Shown here: piece by piece, positions 38,113 through 49,718 of the stretch
How the letters are laid out: each line of letters begins with the position of its first letter
How positions within the stretch are numbered: position 1 is the stretch's first letter
From: Mobula birostris
Taxonomy: Eukaryota
Assembly (NCBI RefSeq): GCF_030028105.1
Contig: NC_092370.1
Coordinates: forward strand, 222,810,005-222,874,004
DNA: 64,000 bases
Reading direction: 5' to 3'
The notes under the pieces: model-generated
What the model saw: only the letters and a program-made list of their open reading frames with translations
Told to the model about the DNA's origin: nothing
The model's database searches: none
Program-made: the position numbers and the translations under genes

Positions 38113-40255
38113 CCATAAGACCATAAAACAAAGGAGCAGAAGTCAGCCATTCAGCCCATCGAGTCTGCTTCGCCATTTTATCATGAGCTGATCCATTCTC
38201 CCATTTAGTCCCACTCCCCTGCCTTCTCACCATAACCTTTGATGCCCTGGCTACTCAGATACCTATCAATCTCTGCCAATGACTTGGCCTCCACTGCTGC
38301 CCATGGCAACAAATTCCATAGATTCACCACCCTCTGACTAAAAAAATTTCTTCACATCTCTGTTCTGAATGGGCGCCCTTCAATCCTGAAGTCATGCCCT
38401 CTCGTACTAGACTCCCCGATCATGGGAAACAACTTTGCCACATCCACTCTGTCTATGCCTTTCAACATTCGAAATGTTTCTATGAGGTCTCCCCTCATTC
38501 TTCTAAACTCCAAAGAATACAGTCCAAGAGCGGACAAATGTTCCTCATATGTTAACCCTCTCATTCCGGGAATCATTCTAGTGAATCTTCTCTGTACCCT
38601 CTCCAACGTCAGCATATCCTTTCTTAAATAAGGAGACCAAAACTGCCCACAGTACTCCAAGTGAGGTCTCACCAGCGCCTTATAGAGCCTCAACATCACA
38701 TCCCTGCTCCTTTACTCTATTCCTCTAGAAATGAATGCCAACATTGCATTCGCCTTCACTACTGACTCAACCTGGAGGTTAACCTTAAGGGTATCTTGTA
38801 TGAGGACTCCCAAGTCCCGTTGCATCTCAGAGCTTTGAATTCTTTCCCTATTTAAATAATAGTCTGCCCGTTTATTTCTTCTGCCAAAGTGCATAACCAT
38901 ACACTTTGCAACATTGTATTTCATTTGCCACTTCTTTGCCCATTCTTACAATCTATCCAAGTCTCTCTGCAGACTCTCCATTTCCTCAGCACTACCGGCC
39001 CCTCCTCCTATCTTCATATCATCAGCAAACTTAGCCACAAAGCTATCTATTCCATAATCCAGATCATTGATGTACAATGTAAAAAGAAGCGGTCCCAACA
39101 TGGACCCCTGTGGAACACCACTGGTAACCGGCAGCCAACCAGAATAGGATCCCTTTATTCCCACTCTCTGTTTCCTGCCAATCAGCCAACGCTCCATCCA
39201 TGTATGTAACTTTCTCATAATTCCATGGGCTCTTATCTTGTTAAGTAGCCTAATGTGTGGCACCTTGTCAAAGGCCTTCTGAAAATCCAAATATACAACA
39301 TCCACTGCATCTCCCTTGTCTAGCCTACTGGTAATTTCCTCAAAAAGTTGTAATAGGTTTGTCAGGCAGGATTTTCCTTTAAGGAATCCATGCTGAGTTC
39401 TGCCTATCTTGTCATATGCCTCCAGGTACTCCGTATCCTCATCCTTGACAATCCACTCCAACAACTTCCCAACCACCGATGTCAAGCTAACAGGTCTATA
39501 ATTTCCTTTTTGCTTCCTTGCCCCCTTCTTGAATAGCGGAGTGACATTTGCAATCTTCCAGTCCTCCGGAACCATGCCAGAATCTATCGACTTTTGAAAG
39601 ATCATCGCTAATGCCTCCACAATCTCCACAGCTACTTCCTTCAGAACACGAGGGTGCATTCCATCTGGTCCAGGAGATTTATCTACCTTTAGACTATTCA
39701 GCTTCCTGAGTACTTTCTCTGTCGTAATTGTGACTGCGCACACTTCTCTCCCCTGCCACCCTTGAGTGTCTGGTATACTGCTGATGTCTTCCTCAGTGAA
39801 GACTGATGCAAAATACTTGTTCAGTTCCTCTGCCATCTCCTCATCTTCCATTACAATTTCTCCAGCATCATTTTCTATCAGTCCTTTACTTACTCTCACC
39901 TGTCTTTTACTCTTTATATACTTGAAAAAGCTTTTAGTATCCTCTTTGATATTATTTGCTAGCTTCCCTTCATAGTTAATCTTTTCCCTCTTAATGACCT
40001 TCTTAGTTTCCTTTTGTAAGGTTTTAAAAACTTCCCAATCCTCTGTCTTCCCACTATTTTTTGCTTCCTTGTATGCCCTCTCCTTTGCTTTGACTTCTCT
40101 TGTCAACCACGGTTGCATCCTTTTTCCATTCGAAAATTCTTCTTTTTTGGAATATACCTGTCTTGCACCTTCCTCACTTCTCGCATAAACTCCAGCCACT
40201 GCTGCTCTGCTGTCTTTCCCGCCAGTGTCTCTTTTCCGTCAACTTTGGCCAGTTT
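38113..40255 (-). mobile_element. Young 5'-truncated CR1 LINE with a long open RT segment
   Basis: 417-aa ORF (KSPGPDGMHPRVLKE, YRPVSLTS, YLDFQKAFDKVPH, GVPQGS.LGPLLF, FADD); 8-bp TSD GACAATGA at 38105-38112 and 40256-40263. Confidence 0.92.
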
Positions 40256-40991
40256 GACAATGAATCCTCGATATTTTTCTTTTTTGTTCTCTTTTTGCAC
40301 TGCTTACTTACCTGTATGTTTTCTTTTTGTAATTCAAAGTGTATTGTTATGTATTATATCTACTACCTCTGTTTATAGAAAAAAAACATATTTCACAACA
40401 TTTGCCAGTGATATTAAATCTGATTCTGATAATGAGAGCTTTTGGCACATTGGCCTTCGTAAATTAAAGGAGTTGGGATGTTGTGTTGACAGTGCATTGG
40501 TGAGACCAAATTTTAAGTAAAATCTGCAGTTTTTGTCACCTACTTACAAAGAAGATATCAATGAGTTTGAAAGAGTATGGAAAAAATTTACGAGGATGTT
40601 GCCAGAACTTGAGGACCTAAGTTACAGGAAAAGGTTGAATAGGTTCATTCCCTAAGTGTCACTTCCAACAGAAGTGTTCATTCTGTAGGAGAATGAGGGG
40701 AGATTTTGCAGAGCTATACAAAAATTTGAGTGGTATAGCTAGGGTAAATGTAAGCAGGTTTTTTTTTACTATTTGGGGAGACTAGAACAAGAGTTCATAT
40801 GTTAAGGGTGAAATATTGAAGGTGAACCTGGGAGTGGGGGGAACTTTGATCAGAGTGTGGAATGAGCTGCCAGCTAAAGTGGTGGATTGCATTTCAATTG
40901 CAATGTTTAAGAGAAATTTGGGTAAGTACATGGGTGGGAGGGCTATGTTCCAGCTGCAGGTTGATGGGCCTAGGTAGAGTAACAGTTCCAC

Positions 40992-41597
40992 ATTGGCCTT
41001 TATTAATCAAAGTATTGAGTATAAGAGCTGGAATGTTATGATGAGGTTGTATAAGGCATTGGTGAGGCCGAATCTGGAGTATTGTGTTCAGTTTTGGTCA
41101 CCAAATTACAGGAAGGATATAAATAAGGTTGAAAGAGTGCAGAGAAGGTTTACAAGGATGTTGCCGGGACTTAGAAACTCAGTTACAGAGAAAAGTTGAA
41201 TAGGTTAGGACTTTATTCCCTGGAGCGTAGAAGAATGAGGGGAGATTTGATAAGAAGTATATAAAATTATGATGGGTATAGATAGAGTGAATGCAAGCAG
41301 GCTTTTTCCACTGAGGCAAGGGGAGAAATAAAGCGGAGGACATGGGTTAAGGGTGAGGGGGGAAAAGTTTAAAGGGAACATTGGGGGGGCTTCTTCATAC
41401 AGAGAGTGGTGGGAGTATGGAATGAGCTACCAGACGAGGTGGTAAATGCGGGTTCTTTTTTAACATTTAAGAATAAATTGGACAGATAAATGGATGGGAG
41501 GTGTATGGAGGGATATGGTCCGTGTGCAGGTCAGTGGGACTAGGCAGAAAATGGTTCGGCACAGCCAAGAAGGGCCAAAAGGCCTGTTTCTGTGCTG
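40992..41597 (+). mobile_element. CR1 LINE 3' fragment
   Basis: LYKALVRPNLEYCVQFWSPNYRKDINKVERVQRRFTRMLPGL and (TTTCTATG)n-like tail. Confidence 0.85.
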
Positions 41598-41929
41598 TAG
41601 TTTCTATGGTTTCTATGAATTAGATGGGCTGAAGGACCTATTTCCTTGATGTAGTACTCTGACTTTGTTATAGAATCTAGAAGATTTTGGAAGGTGACCA
41701 GTTTGTCTGTGGACCAATTTGCTCAAATAGGAGAAAGTTATTTCCACCATCTCACCATTTTTGGAGTTTATAGGTTAATCTATGTAAATGATCTCTGGAA
41801 GGGACAAGTTTCTGTTGGGGAAAGTACTTGGTTGCTAGGGGCAGGTGGGGTGGAGAAACTGCTTCTTTAACTAAGAAATGGTGTTCATTCAACATTTAAC
41901 AATATATTTCTTCGTTCTTCATCTCCCAG

Positions 41930-43569
41930 TGATCAATGATGGAGGGAAACCCAAAGTCCAAGTGGAGTACAAAGGGGAAAATAAGACATTCTTTGCTGAG
42001 GAGATTTCCTCTATGGTGCTAACAAAAATGAAAGAGATAGCAGAAGCGTACCTAGGCAGTCAAGTCACCAATGTCGTCGTCACAGTGCCAGCTTACTTTA
42101 ATGATAGTCAAAGACAAGCTACCAAAGATGCTGGAACCATTGCTGCTTTAAATGTGATGAGAATAATCAATGAACCAACAGCAGCTGCTATCGCTTATGG
42201 ACTAGACAAAGCAGGACCTGGTGAGCGTAATGTTCTCATCTTTGACCTGGGAGGCGGAACTTTTGATGTTTCGATCCTTACCATCGAAGATGGCATCTTT
42301 GAGGTAAAGTCCACTTCTGGAGATACTCACCTGGGGGGAGAGGATTTTGACAGTCGCATGGTGAACCACTTTATTGAGGAATTCAAACGGAAATTTCAGA
42401 AGGACATCTCCCAGAACAAGCGGGCAGTGAGACGTTTGCGCACAGCTTGTGAGCATGCCAAAAGGACTCTGTCCTCGAGTACACAGGCCAGTGTTGAGAT
42501 TGACTCCTTGCATGACGGTGTAGACTTCTACACATCAATCACCAGGGCCAGGTTTGAAGAATTGAACAGTGATCTCTTCAGAGCTACACTGGAGCCCATT
42601 GAGAAAGCCCTTCACGATGCCAAGATTGACAAATCTCGGATTCAAGATGTTGTCCTTGTGGGAGGCTCCACAAGAATCCCTAAAATCCAGAATATACTTC
42701 AAGACTTTTTCAATGGGAAGGAACTGAACAAAAGCATCAATCCCGATGAGGCAGTAGCTTATGGTGCCGCAGTGCAGGCAGCCATTTTAACAGGTGACAA
42801 GTCTGAAAATGTACAGGACCTGTTGCTCCTGGATGTCGCTCCCCTGTCTCTTGGTATTGAGACAGCTGGTGGGATCATGACTCCCCTCATTAAACGAAAC
42901 ACCACCATCCCTACCAAACAGACACAGGTCTTCACCACTTACTCAGACAACCAAACTAGTGTCCTTATTCAAGTCTATGAAGGGGAAAGAGCAATGACCA
43001 AAGACAACAACCTGCTTGGTACATTCAGCCTGGTCGACATCCCACCAGCTCCACGTGGACTGCCACAGATAGAGGTGATCTTTGATATAGATGCCAATGG
43101 CATCCTGAATGTTTCAGCAGTTGACAAGAGCACAGGACACACAAACAAAATCACCATTACCAACAACAAGGGCCGGCTGAACAAAGATGACATTGAGCGT
43201 ATGGTGCAGGAGGCAGAGCACTATAAGGCAGAGGACAACCTGAACAGGGAGAAGGTGACTGCCAAGAACATGCTTGAGTCCTATGCATACAACATGAAGC
43301 AGGCCGTACAGGATGAGAACCTGAAAGGGAAAATCAGTGAGGAGGATGGGAAGGCTATCCTGGCAAAATGTCAGGAAGTCCTCAGCTGGTTAGAAAGAAA
43401 CCAGACAGCAGAGAAGGAGGAGTTGGATTATCAGCAGAAAGAGCTAGAGAAAGTCTGTAAACCACTTCTCAAGTTCTTCAGATGTCCCTGCAGTGGGATA
43501 CGTCCAGGAGCCAGCAGTTCCTCGGTGCCCAGCAGCCCAACTGGACCCACAATTGAAGAGGTTGACTGA
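41930..43569 (+). CDS. HSPA2: HSPA2-like Hsp70, coding exon 2 (full protein 640 aa, ends GPTIEEVD)
   Basis: Hsp70 signatures [46 protein letters not shown]; HSPA2-like residues [31 protein letters not shown]; lies between ZBTB1 and PPP1R36. Confidence 0.93.
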
Positions 43570-45067
43570 GTGAGATGGCTAAGGGCATTGGAAGAACTAC
43601 TTCTTTTTCTTGTTCCCTCAGCATTAATGGGGCGAGGAGGGAGGGAACACTTAACTATGTATTATCGATAACAAGCCGTTCAGATAATACAAAGGACTCA
43701 ACTGCTTATTTCTCTATCTTACTGTAGATTAATTATCAGAGTCCAATTACACATTATCACATACATATACTTTGTTAAAATTTAGAGATACAGCAGGGTA
43801 ACAGGCCTTTCTGACCCAACTAGCCCATGCTGCCCAGTTACACTTGTGCAACAAATTAACCTATTAATCTGTACATCTTTGGAATGTGGGAGGAAACCAG
43901 AGAGTCCAGAGAAGAGCCACACAGTCACGAGGAGAACCTTAAGCTCCTTACAGACAGTGGCAGGAATTGAACTTGGGTCACTGCACTGGCCCTGTAATGG
44001 TGTTATGCTAACTGCTGTGCTACCTTGCTTCCTGTTATTGCTGTCCCTAAATCATTGCCTTTAAAAATTATCACCAGGTACTCTGAATTCACAAACAGCA
44101 TGCATGATCTTTACCGTCATAGAGCAATGCAGAACGAATGCAGGCCCTTTGATCCAGAGTCCATGCTGACCATGGAGCCATCCCAGCTAATCCCAACTTC
44201 CCATATCACTCTAATCTAAGCCTACCCTTCCATGTACCTATCCAAGTGCTTCTAAAATGATACCATTGTAACAGCCTCAACCCCTCTGCTAGCAGCTAGT
44301 TATATGCACCACCTTTTTATATGGGAAAAAGTTGCACCTTGGTTTCCTTTTAAATATTTCCAAAACTATGCCCCTAGTTTTGGTCTGTCCTATCCTGCAG
44401 CACAGACTGTTGCCTTCCACCTTATCTATGCCTTTCATAATTTTAAACATTACTATAAGGTTGCCCCTTTTTCTCATATCTTCCGGAGAATAAAAACCTA
44501 GCCTAATCTTTAGCAACTTCATACGTTGGTAAAGGTTGTGCTGTTGATTTAATCTGGAGTAGAAATAACTAATAAAATGAAAAATAATTTTTTCATTCTT
44601 AATGCGATAGCTATTTGAAACTTGCTGCTTTAAGGTTCTTTCCATGCTAAAGCAGTTAATGGGGAAGAGATCTACCGCACAGCAACAGGTCCTTCGGTCC
44701 ACAATGTTGTGCTGAACCTATTAAATTAGTAATCAAATGGCTAGCTAAACTAGTCTCATTGGCCTACACAGTGTCCATATCCTTCCATCTCCCTCACATT
44801 TATGTGCCTATCTTAATGCCTCTTAAAAGCATCTAAATAAATAAATAAATATATATATAATATAAAAAAAATTTCCCCTCACATCTCATTTTAAAATTAA
44901 GATGAGTACCCCTCTGGTATTAGACATTTTCTATCTTTGCCCCTCGTAGCCTTATAAACCTCAATCAGATGTTCCTTCACCCTCTGCTGCTGCAGGGCAA
45001 ACACCACAAGTTTGTCCAACCTCTCAGTATAGCACACACCTTCTAATCCTGACGGCATCCTGGTAAA

Positions 45068-45680
45068 CACGAGGAAATCTGCAGATGCTGGAATTTCAAG
45101 CAACACACATAAAATTTGCTGGTGAGCACAGCAGGCCAGGCAGCATCTATAGGAAGAGAAACAGTCGACATTTTGGGCTGAGACCCTTCGTCAGGACTAA
45201 CTGAAAGAAGAGATAATAAGAGATTTGGGGTGGGGGGAGATCCGAAATGATAGGAGAAGACAGGAATGGGAGGGATGGAGCCAAGAGCTGGGAAGTTGAT
45301 TGGCAAAAGGGATATGAGAGGATCATGGGACGGAAGGCCTAGGGAGAAAGAAAGGTGGGGGGAGCCCAGAGGATGGGCAAGGAGCATAGTGAGAGAGAGA
45401 GAGAGAGAGAGAGAAAATAAACAAATAAATAATGGATGGGGTACGAAGGGGAGTTGGGGCATTAACGGAAGTTAGAGAAGTCAATGTTCATGCCATCAGG
45501 TTGGAGGCTACCCAGATGGGATATAAGGTGGTGTTCCCCCAACCTGAGTGTGGCTTACAGTAGAGGAGGCCGTGGACAGACATATCTGAATGGGAATGGG
45601 ATGTGGAATTGTGGCTGCTGGGAGACCCTGCTTTCTCTGGCGGACAGAGTGTAGATGTTTACTGAAACGGTCTCCCATCC
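45068..45680 (-). mobile_element. Penelope-like 3' fragment with decayed hammerhead motif
   Basis: MGDRFSKHLHSVRQ endonuclease-region motif; hammerhead-like sequence at about 45163-45200 with mutated GAAA. Confidence 0.7.
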
Positions 45681-48600
45681 TGATAAGCCTCTTCTGCGCC
45701 CTCTCCAAAGCCTCAAAGTTCTTCCTGTAATGGGACAACTGGAAGTGAATGCAATAATACTCCAGAGGCAGCCTAATTTGAGCTTTATAAAGTTGCTAGC
45801 TAAATCTACCCTTTTTATTGGAGAATCAGAAACCATCAATTATTTGTGGGAGGAAAGGAATTGTCGATGTTACGAGTTGAATTGAATTGACTATTTCTTG
45901 CATCCTTCACATACATGAGGAGTAAATATCTTTGTTTCACCTCCATTAAATGTGCAATTTATAGAGATTTATAATATATAGTATGTACAACAAGACAATC
46001 AATATAGTGTAGAAATACAATTGTATCAGTGTAAATTAATCAGTCTGATGGCCTGGTGGAAGAAGCTGTCCTGGAGCCTGTTGGTCCTGGCTTTTATGCT
46101 GCAGTACCATTTCCCAGATGGTAGCAGCTGGCACAGTTTGTGGTTCGGACCTGGCTCTGTAAATTTCCTGAATAGTGGGAAGTTCAGATCTACAGATGCA
46201 CTGGGCTGTTCGCACCACTCTCTGCAGAGTCCTGCGATTGAGGGAGGTACAGTTGCTATACCAGGTAGTGATGAAGCCAGTTAGGATGCTCTCAATTGTG
46301 CCCCTGTAGAAAGTCCTTAAGATTTGGGGACATGCCAGACTTCTTCAACTGGCTGAGGTGAAAGAGGTGCGGTTGTGCTTTTTTTCACCACCCAGCTAGT
46401 ATGCGCAGACCATGTGAGATCCTCAGTGATGTGTATGCTGAGGAACTTAAAGCTGTACACCCTCTCAATCTTGCATCTAGTCCTGATGCAGTTTCTAACC
46501 CAAAACGACCCTGTCTATTTCCTTCCACAGATGTTGCTTGATCTGAGAAGATCCTCCAGCAGACTGCCTGTTTTTTTGCTCCAGGTTTCAGTACTTACAG
46601 CTTCTTTTGTCACCCTCCATTTTTTTATTGGAAAAAGGAATACAATCTCTGACACAGGGAGGAGGAGCTACACACCTTTATTGGGCTCCTGGGAAAAAGG
46701 AAACTACACAATTTCTTTGACTGTGAAGAAAGTCTTTCATTTCTTGGCACTGTTAGGAGAGATTATAAGTTCTGTGTATTGCAGTTGGACAACTCCTCAG
46801 CGTTCCTCTGAGAGATAAGTTTGCAGAAACCAAACATGCCTTTACAACTGTTGTGTATCAGATTAAAATACAACAGCTGCAAAATACTTGTCTCCATTCA
46901 AGGATGTGGTAGATCAACATGAATACTACATTTGGTCTATTATCTTCAAAGGTTGCTGTGTACCTTATTTGTTAAATTGCATTGTTTGTGTTTTAATTCA
47001 TCGCAGATGTGAAATGTTGAAAATTAAACATGTTAGACCAATAGGGTTAGAGTTTTTAACAGTAAATGTGGGGGAAAACTGAAGAAATTATTTTTCAAAA
47101 ATCCTGTTCTAAGCTGAATTAACCTAAACAAAGGCAACACAGGACCAAGATAATCTTGAGTTTTTGACTTTACTATCCAGTGAATGAAACATGAACACCC
47201 TTCATTTAACTCTGATCCTGCCATGTACATAACCTCTTGTGATCCAGAACTTGCCATCACCTCCATATATATATATTTTTAAAAGGTTTTGGAAAATTGA
47301 CAGTGCTCAGTAATATCTGTGATTGAATTGAGCAATCTTGAGAACAAAGTGCCCTTTTAGTGTAAAAGATATGAAAAACTGATTAATTTATTTACCTGCA
47401 GAGGTTAGAGACTCCATGTTGCTGTCTCTGCTGCCCACTGGAAGGTAATCTCCATGAAACCATATTTCTGTGTTACCATTGGCTCATCTTATTTACTGGC
47501 CGACACCATCACTTCTTTGGTTCTGCACTTTTTTGAAGTGCAAATCTATTATCAAGGTATGTATATGTTACCATATCCTAACTTAACATTCATTTTTTTG
47601 CAGGCATTTCAAATCAAATGTTTCCATTTGTTATCAGAGAATGTATACAACCAGGAATATTTAGTCTCACAAAATGAATGACAGAAAAACATTAGAACCC
47701 CAAGGCCCCCTCTGACACTTCCTGTGCAAGCATCAATGCATCAACCTCTCCCCTCCACCCACCCACTTCAGCAAAAAAAAGCATTTACAAGAAAATAAAT
47801 ATAATTGAATTTATGAAAAAGTAAACATAAATGAAGTCTGCCAACCAAGGTGTAAAACAAGACAAATTCTGCAAAAAAAAAATTGATGTATACTGTAGAT
47901 ATAGATAGAAGGATAGATAAAATTCTGAGAACATGACTTGGTAAGATCTCTTAAATGTGACTCACACACAAACTGCTGGAGGAACTCAGCAGGTCTGTAG
48001 GAGTTAAAAGTGAGTCTACAGGTTGTGGGATCAGTTCAGAGTTAAGGTGAGTGAAGTTATCCATGGTCATTCAGGGACCTGATGATTGAAGGGCAATTAT
48101 TGTTCTTGAACCTTATGGTGTGTGACCTAAGTCTTCTGTGCCTCCTGGCCAGTGGCAGCAGTGAGAAGAGAACATGGCCTGGATGGTGAGGATCTTTGAC
48201 GGATGCTGCTTTCTTGTGGCAGTGCTCCTTGTAACTGTGCTCAATGTTGGGGAGGGTTTTGCCTGTGATGGACAGGGCTGTATCCACCAGTTTCTCAAAC
48301 ACGAGAAAATCTGCAGATGCTGGAAATCCAAAGCAACACACAAAATGCTGAGAGGCCGGTGACGAAGGGTCTCTGGCCAAAACATCAGCTGTTTATTCTT
48401 TTCCACAGATGCTGCCTCACCTGCTAAGTTCCTTCAGCATTTCCACCAGTTTCTGTAGTCTTTCCAGTTCTGGGCATTTCCTCGCCACCATTTCCCCAGC
48501 TTTAATACCTCCTTTGACATTGCAGCTGTATTAGTGAACGGTTTTTTTATATCAAGGATCAACTTTATTCACCATATACATTTAAATGTATGAGAAATTT

Positions 48601-49195
48601 ATGTGTTGGTCAGGGTGCAACATTCGCTAAATTTAGTGGTTAAGTAACAAACATGGAATAAAATGTGCCTAAATACATAAATATTAACTATAAAAGTGTT
48701 TTAAAGTGTCTGCAGTGCAGTGCAATGCTCAATCAGATTAACTTCCTGAGGAAGAAATTTAAGATGATGTGAAGTTTTTGTTTTGGCAACCCTATAGTAC
48801 CAAACTGAAACTCTAATTCTAATCCTGACATGAGGTTTTAGTTCTACCGCACGCTGGAGCTCCACCACGAGATTCCAGCTGATAATGCATTCTGAATGGT
48901 ACCATATTTCAGATGAAGGAAACAGAAGACACATCTGACCTCTTAATTAGTCCTTATTCATTAAGATTATTTTAACTTTGGAGCGAAGGAGGATGAGAAG
49001 TGACTTGATGTAGGTGTACAAGATGATAAAGGGATAGCCGGAGACTTTTACTCAGGGCAGAAATGACTAATGCGAGGGGCATAATTTAAGGAGGAATGTA
49101 AGAGGGAGGGGTGCCGTTTACAGTACAATACATAAAAATTACTACAAGTTACAATAAATGGTGCAAATGAGAAATAGCGAGGTAGCGCTCATGGG

Positions 49196-49329
49196 CTAGT
49201 CCTGACGAAGGGTCTCGGCCTGAAACGTCGACTGTACCTCTTCCTACAGATGCTGCTTGGCCTGCTGCGTTCACCAGCAACTTTGATGTGGGTTGCTTGA
49301 ATTTCCAGCATCTGCAGAATTCCTGTTGT
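49196..49329 (+). mobile_element. 134-bp Penelope-derived insertion starting with a hammerhead ribozyme
   Basis: 13-bp TSD TAGCGCTCATGGG at 49183-49195 and 49330-49342; almost identical to 12461-12594. Confidence 0.85.
49198..49233 (+). ncRNA. Minimal type I hammerhead ribozyme
   Basis: AGTC-CTGACGA-AGG[GTCTCGG]CCT-GAAA-CGTC-GACT; intact core and stems I and II. Confidence 0.75.
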
Positions 49330-49399
49330 TAGCGCTCATGGGTCCGTGGACCCTTTAAATAATCTGATGACCAAAGGGAAGTTTACTTTCTCCACAATT

Positions 49400-49688
49400 C
49401 ATTGCCCCCGTGGAAAGGGATGCTCGGCTGCCATTGGAGATATTTAGTGCCTATTGGTTACTCTCCCACCCCCGTAAAGCTCTAGCGATCGGTACCTGAC
49501 TCCTATTGGGTACTCTTCCAATGGGTGGGACTATAGGTGGAAATGTTTGCACCCATTGGATACTACCTCTGGGTGGAACACCAGTCGAGGATCTTGACTG
49601 CTATTGGTTACTTCCGCCGCTGCCGTTTGTACTTGTTGCAGTGTAGAACGGTTGCCGGGAGACCATCAGCAGGGTGATCGCATTCCTG
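49400..49688 (+). promoter_or_regulatory. PPP1R36-like promoter: CCAAT array, ETS site, RFX X-box
   Basis: ATTGG at 49433, 49453, 49505, 49555, 49603; CCAAT 49518; ACTTCCG at 49610; X-box-like GTTGCCGGGAGAC 49651-49663. Confidence 0.7.
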
Positions 49689-49718
49689 ATGATGGATGGT
49701 TATCTCAGTTTGGAGCAG
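49689..49718 (+). CDS. PPP1R36: PPP1R36-like coding exon 1 (MMDGYLSLEQ)
   Basis: ATG downstream of the promoter; donor CAG|GTGAG in phase 0, compatible with the next exon. No homology evidence for this short exon itself. Confidence 0.6.

Larger units (their letters stand above)
28039..41929 (+). other. HSPA2: 13,891-bp phase-1 GT-AG intron in Hsp70 CDS
   Basis: GTGAGC...polypyrimidine tract ttcttcgttcttcatctcccAG; joining G+TG restores Val95 and the continuous [18 protein letters not shown]. Confidence 0.92.

Noticed and set aside
41878-41929. Standalone 563-aa Hsp70 starting [12 protein letters not shown]
   Set aside because: The leader is the intron's polypyrimidine tract; the real N-terminus is exon 1 at 27756.
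28035-41933. GTGA at both intron boundaries as a target-site duplication proving transposon origin
   Set aside because: Only 4 bp, offset by one base, and largely dictated by splice consensus and the Val codon.
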